DNA of 32,000 nucleotides from the NCBI RefSeq assembly GCF_000734015.1, contig NZ_CP008796.1, forward strand, positions 270,001-302,000, in the 5' to 3' direction. Positions 1 through 5,973 of this stretch are shown here, piece by piece. The notes under the pieces were generated by a model that did no database searches, was not told the origin of the DNA, and saw nothing but the letters and a program-made list of their open reading frames with translations. Position 1 is the first letter of the stretch; each line of letters begins with the position of its first letter. This stretch comes from Thermodesulfobacterium commune DSM 2178 (lineage in GTDB: Bacteria > Desulfobacterota > Thermodesulfobacteria > Thermodesulfobacteriales > Thermodesulfobacteriaceae). The position numbers were made by a program, and so were the translations under genes.

Positions 1-1
1 G

Positions 2-691
2 ATAGCTATTTTAGCTTCTCTTGCTTTTGGTAGTTTTATTAAAGCATCTCAGGTTTATGTAGAAGGAATAGAAAACATAGACCTTATAGACTTAAATTTT
101 GCCAAAAATTTTGGTTATGTTATCAAACTTTTAGCTTTTGCTATCAAACATAAAAATCACATAGAAGTAAGGGTTCATCCTACCCTTATTCCTGAAAATC
201 ACGTATTAGCCTCTATTCGTTTAAATTACAACGCTTTTTATGTTACAGGAGATTTTGTAGGAGACGTTCTACTTTATGGATTGGGGGCAGGTAAAGAACC
301 TACTGCTAGTGCCGTAGTAAGTGATCTTATCACAGCCATAGAGTTTTCTTTTTTTAAAAAGAAGCCTTTTATAAAGTATCCCTTGACCTTTGATAAAAAA
401 AGATATAAAATAAAGCCTATGGAAGACGTAGAGTTTAAGTATTATTTTCGTTTTTCTGCGGTAGATAAACCAGGGGTATTATCTAAAATTTCTGGTGTTT
501 TAGGTAAGTATAACATAAGTATTTCTTCGGTTGTTCAAATTGGAAGACAAAAGAAAAAACAGGCGGTTCCTATAGTGATGCTTACTCACGAAGCTAAAGA
601 AAGAAACGTATTAAAGGCTTTACAAGAAATAGACAGCTTAGAGGTAGTTAGCGCTCCTACCAAAAAATATCGGATCATGGACCTCACTTAA
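2..691 (+). CDS. hom: Homoserine dehydrogenase, C-terminal part (5' end lies outside the window)
   Basis: The frame is open from the window edge (nt 2) to TAA at 689-691. Translation reads IAILASLAFG..EGIENI..GYVIKLLAFA..RVHPTLIP..NAFYVTGDFVGDVLLYGLGAGKEPTASAVVSDL, followed by an ACT-like tail (FRFSAVDKPGVLSKISGVLG). The track start at 281 is an internal TTG. Confidence 0.9.
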   Translation: MAILASLAFGSFIKASQVYVEGIENIDLIDLNFAKNFGYVIKLLAFAIKHKNHIEVRVHPTLIPENHVLASIRLNYNAFYVTGDFVGDVLLYGLGAGKEPTASAVVSDLITAIEFSFFKKKPFIKYPLTFDKKRYKIKPMEDVEFKYYFRFSAVDKPGVLSKISGVLGKYNISISSVVQIGRQKKKQAVPIVMLTHEAKERNVLKALQEIDSLEVVSAPTKKYRIMDLT

Positions 692-704
692 ACAAGGACT
701 GAGT

Positions 705-1187
705 ATGAAAGTGAAAGTAGATATGGGTCAATATCAAATTTTAAAAGATAAACCAGTGGTTTTAACCACAGGTTTTCTTGGAAGTGGTTTGGCTATAGGA
801 GTGGTGGATAAAACCAAAACACAAGGTGGTTTATGTTGTTTTGTGTTGCCTTATAAGGATTTAGATTTAGAAATAGAAGAAGGGGTCACAATTTTTTCTG
901 GAGAATCTCTTATTCCTTTATTTTTAGAAGAAATAGAACGTTCTGGGATAAGCTGGGGTAACGCTAAAATTGTGGTTGCTGGAGGTGGTGTATACCAGAA
1001 CAACCCCGATTTTTTAAACCTTACAGAGGTAAACCTAAAAATAGTAAAGATGATGTTTAAAAGATATATGATACCAGAAGATCAGGTAATATTTAGGGTA
1101 GGGCTTAACAGTGGTGTAAAAGTTGAGGTAGATTTAGAAGAAAAGGTTGTCAAAATAAAAATTGACGGAAAAGAAGAAAAACTATGA
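705..1187 (+). CDS. CheD-like protein (chemoreceptor glutamine deamidase fold) with substitutions at the positions recalled as catalytic
   Basis: 160 aa, the usual CheD size. Collinear motifs: VDMGQY, LTTGFLGSGLAIGV, GGLCCFVLP, ESLIPLFLEEIERSG, AKIVVAGGG. It has GSG where CheD has GSC, and CCFVLP where CheD has AHxMLP. An AGGA-type RBS lies upstream. The stop overlaps the next gene's start (ATGA). Confidence 0.6.
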   Translation: MKVKVDMGQYQILKDKPVVLTTGFLGSGLAIGVVDKTKTQGGLCCFVLPYKDLDLEIEEGVTIFSGESLIPLFLEEIERSGISWGNAKIVVAGGGVYQNNPDFLNLTEVNLKIVKMMFKRYMIPEDQVIFRVGLNSGVKVEVDLEEKVVKIKIDGKEEKL

Positions 1188-2035
1188 TAGAACAAGTTTT
1201 GGAAAAAATTTTTGATAAGGTTGATAAAATTCCAACTTTTCCTAAAGTAGCTATGCAGGCCTTAGAGATTTTACGAAAAGAAGATGTAGACTTAAGAGAG
1301 GTAGAGAGAGTTATCAAAAGTGATCCTGGTATCGTAGCCAATTTTTTGAGGATAGTTAACTCTCCTGCTTTTGGACTACCCCAAAAAGTAGACTCCTTGT
1401 TTAAAGCCTTGATGCTGCTTGGGGTTAACCAGATTAAGTTTATTATTGTCGCTTCTGTAGCTAAAAACTATTTTGAGAAAAATCTAATAGGTTATGGATT
1501 AAGTTCTGAAGATATTTGGTTGCATTCTTTAGGTTGTGGCTTTATTGCTGAGGAAATAGCTTTAGACGCAGGCTTTTCAATAAATAAAATAGACGCAGTT
1601 TATGTAGCTTCAGTATTACATGATATAGGAAAAATTGTATTAGATCTTTATACTAAGTTGGAGTTAAATAAGTTTATTGAAACCTTTGAAGAAAATCCAA
1701 AACAAGATTTTATTCAAGTAGAGTGGTTAGTACTTGGGGTAGACCATGGTTTGGTTGGAGCTACTCTTTTAAAAAGATGGGGATTCCCTGAAAACATCTG
1801 TTTTGCCATAAGAGCGCATCATGACCCTGACCTTATGTTGCAAAGTGATGTGGCAGCTATAGTTGCTCTTTCAAACATGTTAATCAATATGTTAGGGATA
1901 GGCGGGGGAGTAGATGTTTTTAAATATAAAGTTCCTTCTCAACTTTTAGGCTTTCTTGATATAAAACAGGACAGATTATTAAAATACATGAAAATAGGTT
2001 TATACAAGAGTTTAGTTTTTAAAAAAGAATTTTAG
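1184..2035 (+). CDS. HDOD domain signalling protein
   Basis: N-terminal region IPTFPKVAMQALEILRKEDVDLREVERVIKSDPGIVANFLRIVNSPAFGL..VDSLFKALMLLGVNQIK, plus LHDIGKIVL and RAHHDPD, is typical of HDOD (HD-related output domain). It is translationally coupled to the upstream ORF. Confidence 0.8.
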   Translation: MIEQVLEKIFDKVDKIPTFPKVAMQALEILRKEDVDLREVERVIKSDPGIVANFLRIVNSPAFGLPQKVDSLFKALMLLGVNQIKFIIVASVAKNYFEKNLIGYGLSSEDIWLHSLGCGFIAEEIALDAGFSINKIDAVYVASVLHDIGKIVLDLYTKLELNKFIETFEENPKQDFIQVEWLVLGVDHGLVGATLLKRWGFPENICFAIRAHHDPDLMLQSDVAAIVALSNMLINMLGIGGGVDVFKYKVPSQLLGFLDIKQDRLLKYMKIGLYKSLVFKKEF

Positions 2036-2054
2036 GATTTAGATAAAAAACCCC

Positions 2055-2082
2055 TTGACAAAAAAAATAAAAGTTGAATACT
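2055..2082 (+). promoter_or_regulatory. Putative sigma70-type promoter for the lipoprotein cluster
   Basis: Perfect TTGACA at 2055-2060, a 16-nt spacer, then AATACT (4/6 match to TATAAT) at 2077-2082. It lies about 40 nt upstream of the ATG at 2121. Confidence 0.4.
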
Positions 2083-2120
2083 TTATACAAATCAAAAATT
2101 AAAGGAAGGAGGTAAGAGAG

Positions 2121-2345
2121 ATGAGGAAGGTAGTATCTTTCATGTTAAGTTTAGCTTTAGTTGGTGTGATTGGATTAGCAGGATGTCAGCAGAAGAAGGA
2201 AGAGGCACCAAAGCCTGAAGCACCTAAGACAGAGGCTCCAGCTCAGCCTGCAGCTCAGCCAGCTCAGCCAGCAGCTCAGCCAGCTGAAAAACCAGCTGAG
2301 AAGCCAGCTGAGAAACCAGCTGAGAAACCTGCTGAAAAGAAGTAA
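2121..2345 (+). CDS. Small Pro/Ala-repeat lipoprotein, copy 1 (74 aa)
   Basis: Strong RBS (GGAGGT). The signal peptide ends in the lipobox L-A-G-C (Cys22). The mature part is low complexity: 4 QPA units and 4 EKPA units, ending in EKK. Confidence 0.75.
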   Translation: MRKVVSFMLSLALVGVIGLAGCQQKKEEAPKPEAPKTEAPAQPAAQPAQPAAQPAEKPAEKPAEKPAEKPAEKK

Positions 2346-2378
2346 AATGAATAGTATTTTTTTGTATAGGTAATTAAA

Positions 2379-2410
2379 GGGAGGGTTAACTAAAAACCCT
2401 CCCTTTTTTG
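2379..2410 (+). terminator. Rho-independent terminator between the two lipoprotein copies
   Basis: GGGAGGGTT (2379-2387) pairs with AACCCTCCC (2395-2403). The loop is 7 nt and is followed by TTTTTTG. Confidence 0.75.
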
Positions 2411-2444
2411 TTGGGTTAAAAAATTAAAAAAGGAGGTAAGAGAG

Positions 2445-2675
2445 ATGAGGAAGGTAGTATCTTTCATGTTAAGTTTGGCTTTAGCTGGTGTGATTGGATT
2501 AGCAGGATGTCAGCAGAAGAAGGAAGAGGCACCAAAGCCTGAAGCACCTAAGACAGAGGCTCCAGCTCAGCCTGCAGCTCAGCCAGCTCAGCCCGCTGGT
2601 CAGCCAGCTCAGCCCGCTCAGCCCGCTGAGAAACCAGCCGAGAAACCTGCTGAAAAACCTGCTGAAAAGAAGTAA
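2445..2675 (+). CDS. Small Pro/Ala-repeat lipoprotein, copy 2 (76 aa)
   Basis: Same RBS, signal peptide and lipobox as copy 1. There are only two nucleotide differences over the first ~170 nt from the RBS. It has 6 QPA units and 3 EKPA units and also ends in EKK. Confidence 0.75.
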   Translation: MRKVVSFMLSLALAGVIGLAGCQQKKEEAPKPEAPKTEAPAQPAAQPAQPAGQPAQPAQPAEKPAEKPAEKPAEKK

Positions 2676-2695
2676 TTTTATAGGAGGGATGAGGT

Positions 2696-2908
2696 ATGTT
2701 TAAAAAAGTATTAGGTTTGATGGCTGCTTTAGCCCTTTTAGCCTCTCCTGTTTTTGCAGCTGAACAGGCTGCTAAACAGGATGGTGCTAAGGCTAATGCT
2801 ACCGCTACCGAAAAAAAGGTAGAAAAGAAGGCTAAAAAGAAAGAAGCTAAGAAAGACGAAAAGGCTAATAAACCCGCTGGTGCTAAGAAAAAAGTAGAAG
2901 GGTGTTAA
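2696..2908 (+). CDS. Small secreted Lys/Ala-rich protein (70 aa)
   Basis: RBS GGAGGG. Signal peptide MFKKVLGLMAALALLASPVFA/AEQ (SPase I type). The mature part is very basic (KKVEKKAKKKEAKKDEK) and ends in Gly-Cys. It starts 20 nt after lipoprotein copy 2. Confidence 0.6.
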   Translation: MFKKVLGLMAALALLASPVFAAEQAAKQDGAKANATATEKKVEKKAKKKEAKKDEKANKPAGAKKKVEGC

Positions 2909-2928
2909 TTTAAAAATTTAAAAATTTA

Positions 2929-2953
2929 CCCCCGGAAAACTATCTTCCGGGGG
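2929..2953. terminator. Bidirectional hairpin terminator between convergent genes
   Basis: CCCCCGGAA (2929-2937) pairs with TTCCGGGGG (2945-2953). T-runs follow on both strands (ATTAATTTTG on +, TAAATTTTTAAATTTTT on -). Confidence 0.7.
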
Positions 2954-2963
2954 ATTAATTTTG

Positions 2964-3557
2964 TTATCTACTTTTTATTCGATGTTTTTTTCTAAATAAA
3001 TGTTCATGTAGTATTAGGATATCTCGATGTGTATCAAACTTTTGTTTTATTTCTATAGGGTTTATTTGATAATAGTTTGACATAAAATGGACGTTAGATA
3101 ATATTATCAAGTCATGATCAGTAAAAACTATTTTACGGGTGGGATGTTTTTTATGGTATCCCCAAGCCTTTCCATAAGGGGGACCATAAGCAGGCTGATA
3201 GATTACAACCCATTTTTCAAACTCCTTTTCTGGTTTAAGACCTAAATAAATAAAAATTTCATACCAACTATAGCCTCGATTACGTAGCTCTATGATAAAC
3301 TCTGGGCTTACTTTCTTTTTTTGGCTTAAATATAAAACTAAGGGAAGTTCTTCTTCCTTAATGAGAGAACTTTTTTTTAGAATAACAATTTTTTCCTTAG
3401 GGACTTGAAAATAGTTACTTATTGCTAAATAAAAATGGGTTATCTTGTCCTCGGAAAAAGAGACACCCAGCTTAAGGTTTTCTGCCTTTAATCCTAAAGG
3501 GCTTAATAAAAGAAGTATTAAAAATCCTAAGACAAAAAATTTCAACTTTTTATTCAT
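2964..3557 (-). CDS. Hypothetical secreted protein (197 aa), no recognisable domain
   Basis: GGAGG RBS upstream of the ATG. N-terminal signal peptide MNKKLKFFVLGFLILLLLSPLGLKA/EN. I cannot assign a family. Confidence 0.5.
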   Translation of the reverse strand: MNKKLKFFVLGFLILLLLSPLGLKAENLKLGVSFSEDKITHFYLAISNYFQVPKEKIVILKKSSLIKEEELPLVLYLSQKKKVSPEFIIELRNRGYSWYEIFIYLGLKPEKEFEKWVVIYQPAYGPPYGKAWGYHKKHPTRKIVFTDHDLIILSNVHFMSNYYQINPIEIKQKFDTHRDILILHEHLFRKKHRIKSR

Positions 3558-3747
3558 AAGCTTCTACCTCCTGCAGTTATTTTTTAAATCTTCTAAAACA
3601 AAAAATATGCCTAAAATACTTAAAAGAATCTAAAGATAAGTGGTTTGATTTTTAATAAAAATTCATAAGAAAATAAAAGGTAATTAAATTTTGATTTTGT
3701 AAAAAGTAAAAAATTTGTAAAAATTGCAAGTTTTAGAGGTAAAACTT

Positions 3748-5046
3748 TCAAAAAGAAAAAAGAGATTGTTGTTTGAGGCAAGGTTCTTCTGGTTCAAAAT
3801 TAGAAAAGACCTTTACCACTCCATATTCTCCATCATACCCTGGTTTAACAAATACCTCACCTTTTCGTACCTTGAGGATGGCTTCTGCTAATTTTTCAGG
3901 TAAAAGAGAAACTAATTCATCTTTTGACAATTTTAAAAGGAGGTTGAATTCACTTCCCGCAAGCAAGGTATATTGTTCGTAAAGTTTGCCTAAAGTTTTA
4001 GAAGTAGGAGAAAGATTAAAAACTTCACTTAGTATCTCAATTAAAGGTACCAGATGTACTGAAAGAGGTTTGTTAGGAGGGATATAGCCCTCTTCTCTGT
4101 CAGCCAGGTCTTCTATCCGATGGAGAACCCCTATCGTAATTTTTTCGCCACATTTAGGACATTTGAGGCCTAAAGCTCTTGCTTCTTTTGGAGAAAGGCT
4201 GACTTTACAATTTCTGTGGCCGTCAAAGTGGTATTTTCCTTCTTCAGGATAAAATTCTATGGTAAATGCTATCTTTCCTGTTTTTATCGAAAAATAGATG
4301 TTTTCATAAGTGAGAGGGTAAAAAAAGGCGGTAGCTTCTCTTCCTAATTTAGCAGGAGAATGGGCATCAGAGCAAGAAATAAGAGTAATTGAGTCGAGCT
4401 TAGAAATTCGCCAGTTCATTTCTGGGTCTGAAGAAAGTCCAGTTTCTATTGCATAAATATAAGGGGTAGCTTCTTCAAAGGCTTCTTCAAGGCTATCAAA
4501 ACCTGAAAAAGCCCCAAATACAGAATACCATGGGGTCCAAGCATGAGCAGGGATAACCATTATTTCCTTTGAGATTGTCATCAGGTCTAACACCAGTTTT
4601 TTACAAGAAATTCCGAAGGTAGGTCTTCCATCTACCGTTAGAGATCCAAGTTTAGAAAGATAAAGATTTATTTCTTCAGCTACCTCAAAATTAGGAGCTA
4701 TAAGGATAAGATGAACCCTTCGGTTGGTTTTCTCTCCTTGAGAGAAAATCAAGGAAACCTCAGAAGTAAGGATAAATTTAGGGCCTTCAGGTAGGTTTTT
4801 AAAAATTAAAAGGCCTGAAGATGGGTCAAACTCAAGCCAATTTTTAAGTTCTTTAAACCAAGCAGGATGAGTAAAATCCCCTGTACCTATCAACGAAAGC
4901 CCTTTTTTATGGCCTATTTGAGCTATTTGGGGGATTTCCATTTTTTGACTACAAGCTTTGCTATATTTGGAATGGATGTGAAGATCAGCCAAAAAGGAGT
5001 TTTCTAAAAGTTCTTTTGAAGGGAAGGTTTGATTTTTTTTTGACAT
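3748..5046 (-). CDS. Endonuclease Q-like PHP-domain nuclease (TIGR00375-type), 432 aa from the ATG at 5046
   Basis: ADLHIHSKYSKACSQKM and GTGDFTHP at the N-terminus (PHP metal ligands), a CPKCGEKITIGVLHRIEDLADRE zinc-finger-like segment, and a C-terminal GYDGEYG. The track's TTG start (5095-5097) is the first codon of a TTGACA -35 box, so I prefer Met18 (ATG at 5044-5046). Confidence 0.7.
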   Translation of the reverse strand: MSKKNQTFPSKELLENSFLADLHIHSKYSKACSQKMEIPQIAQIGHKKGLSLIGTGDFTHPAWFKELKNWLEFDPSSGLLIFKNLPEGPKFILTSEVSLIFSQGEKTNRRVHLILIAPNFEVAEEINLYLSKLGSLTVDGRPTFGISCKKLVLDLMTISKEIMVIPAHAWTPWYSVFGAFSGFDSLEEAFEEATPYIYAIETGLSSDPEMNWRISKLDSITLISCSDAHSPAKLGREATAFFYPLTYENIYFSIKTGKIAFTIEFYPEEGKYHFDGHRNCKVSLSPKEARALGLKCPKCGEKITIGVLHRIEDLADREEGYIPPNKPLSVHLVPLIEILSEVFNLSPTSKTLGKLYEQYTLLAGSEFNLLLKLSKDELVSLLPEKLAEAILKVRKGEVFVKPGYDGEYGVVKVFSNFEPEEPCLKQQSLFSF

Positions 5047-5069
5047 TTTTTCAAATTTTTTATTTTTCA

Positions 5070-5097
5070 ATTCTATCAAACTTAAAAATTTTGTCAA
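5070..5097 (-). promoter_or_regulatory. Sigma70-type promoter of the EndoQ-like gene
   Basis: On the minus strand: TTGACA (5097-5092), a 16-nt spacer, then TAGAAT (5075-5070). The ATG lies 23 nt further downstream. Confidence 0.55.
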
Positions 5098-5124
5098 TTC
5101 TATAGAGTAAGAAGGTTCTTTCCC

Positions 5125-5154
5125 TTGACAAAACCTGAAAATATATTTTATTTT
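5125..5154 (+). promoter_or_regulatory. Putative promoter for zapB-zapA (divergent from the EndoQ promoter)
   Basis: Perfect TTGACA at 5125-5130, an 18-nt spacer, then TATTTT at 5149-5154. The -10 element is weak. Confidence 0.35.
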
Positions 5155-5201
5155 TAAATAAGACAGAGTAAAAATTTAAATGAAGAGGGAGGTCAGAATA
5201 A

Positions 5202-5420
5202 ATGGCTTTTCAGGAAATTGCTAATTTAGAAGAAAAAATAGATGCACTTATTGCTTTGGTAATCCAACTTAGGAATGAAAAAGAGGAGCTTATAAATAAA
5301 CTAAAAACCAAAGAGGAGGAAAATGCAAGACTTATAGAGGAAATAGAAAGGAGGGAGGAGGAAAGAAAGGTTTTAAAAGAAAAAATTGGTAGTTTGATAG
5401 AGAAACTCTCCCAAATATAG
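5202..5420 (+). CDS. zapB: ZapB-like coiled-coil cell-division protein (72 aa)
   Basis: GGAGG RBS. The protein is entirely heptad-like coiled coil (LEEKIDALIALVIQLRNEKEEL...). It sits immediately upstream of zapA. The assignment rests on composition and synteny only. Confidence 0.5.
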   Translation: MAFQEIANLEEKIDALIALVIQLRNEKEELINKLKTKEEENARLIEEIERREEERKVLKEKIGSLIEKLSQI

Positions 5421-5445
5421 ATTTTAAAGATAGATGTAAAAGCCT

Positions 5446-5745
5446 ATGTTAAATTCAAAAGAAGTAGTTTTTGAGTTTTTAGGACAAAGATTTATCTTCC
5501 GAGCTACTATCTCGGAAGAAGAAATAACAGAGGTGCTTGGTTATTTAGAGGAAAAAAAGAAAGAGGTAGAGAAGATTAAAAAAGTTCCTACTTTTAAGCT
5601 GGCGGTTTGGCTACTTTTACAGGTAGCACATGATTATGTAAAGCTTAAAAGAGAAAAAGAAGAGTTAGAAGAATACCTTAGGGGACAAATTTTAAAACTG
5701 GGAGAGTTTTTAGAACAAGAAAAACCATCCCTGGGGTGTTCGTGA
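5446..5745 (+). CDS. zapA: Cell division protein ZapA
   Basis: VVFEFLGQRFIFRA...EEEITEVLGYLEEK...FKLAVWLLLQVAHDYVKLKRE matches the ZapA pattern (beta start, alpha-helical coiled-coil tail). The zapA-6S RNA synteny supports the call. Confidence 0.7.
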   Translation: MLNSKEVVFEFLGQRFIFRATISEEEITEVLGYLEEKKKEVEKIKKVPTFKLAVWLLLQVAHDYVKLKREKEELEEYLRGQILKLGEFLEQEKPSLGCS

Positions 5746-5906
5746 AGAGAGTAGAGCCCTGCCAAGCTAACATTAAAAGAGTGTTGGGGTTTGGTGGATC
5801 TGGGGTCTTTTGCTCGTTAAGAGCATCCAAGACTAGCCAGACCCCACCCCTAAAGTTTTTAGAATAAGAGCTTGGAGCAGGGAGCTCCCACGGCACCCTG
5901 GGGTTT
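5729..5906 (+). ncRNA. ssrS: 6S RNA (about 178 nt; ends approximate)
   Basis: This is the only G+C-rich island in the window. The terminal helix CCCUGGGGUG (5729-5738) pairs with CACCCUGGGG (5894-5903) using two G-U pairs that would be C-A mismatches on the other strand. It continues as CGUG/CACG, then GAGCCCUGCCAAGCU against AGCUUGG-AG-CAGGG-AG-CUC. Further in are an A/U-rich internal bubble, a distal helix UGGGGUC/GACCCCA and an apical hairpin UGCUC/GAGCA. A T-run follows. The position directly after zapA matches many bacteria. Confidence 0.75.
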
Positions 5907-5973
5907 CCTTAAATCTTTTTAAATTTTTCTTTTCTCCTTCCTCCTTAAAAATCATATATAAGGGAGGAGTCTT

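Larger units (their letters stand above)
2108..2675 (+). repeat. Tandem gene duplication (period 324 bp: 2108-2345 and 2432-2675) containing internal 9-12 nt coding repeats
   Basis: Direct comparison of the two segments. The RBS, start and signal-peptide region are near-identical. They differ mainly in the copy number of the gctcagccNgcN and gctgagaaNccNgc units. Confidence 0.9.

Noticed and set aside
1150-1341. 63-aa minus-strand ORF overlapping the CheD-like/HDOD junction
   Set aside because: It is antisense to two well-supported genes, low complexity (S/T/L/I-rich, typical of the reverse frame of K/E-rich coding sequence), and has no RBS.
705-2035. Reading the CheD-like gene as evidence that this is a chemotaxis locus
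   Set aside because: No cheA/W/Y/R/B/C, MCP or flagellar genes occur anywhere in the window, and the recalled catalytic residues appear substituted. I kept it only as an atypical CheD-like/HDOD pair.
2215-2660. Short periodic 9-12 nt repeats (gctcagccNgcN, gctgagaaNccNgc) that might look like a mini CRISPR or satellite array
   Set aside because: They are in frame inside two ORFs with RBS, signal peptide and lipobox. They have no spacers, and no cas genes are present. They are coding low-complexity repeats.
3445-3982. Plus-strand ORFs 3445-3633 and 3773-3982
   Set aside because: They are antisense to, or run out of, better-supported minus-strand genes. They have no RBS and no recognisable features.
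5047-5097. TTG start and 17 extra N-terminal residues (MTKFLSLIELKNKKFEK) for the EndoQ-like gene
   Set aside because: The TTG is part of a perfect TTGACA -35 hexamer, followed at 16 nt by TAGAAT. The extension would therefore lie upstream of the likely transcription start. The conserved PHP N-terminus begins shortly after the ATG at 5046.
5678-5896. 72-aa ORF on the minus strand (MPWELPAPSS...)
   Set aside because: It lies entirely within the G+C-rich 6S RNA gene and the zapA 3' end. It has no RBS, and its open frame is a by-product of the structured RNA's composition.
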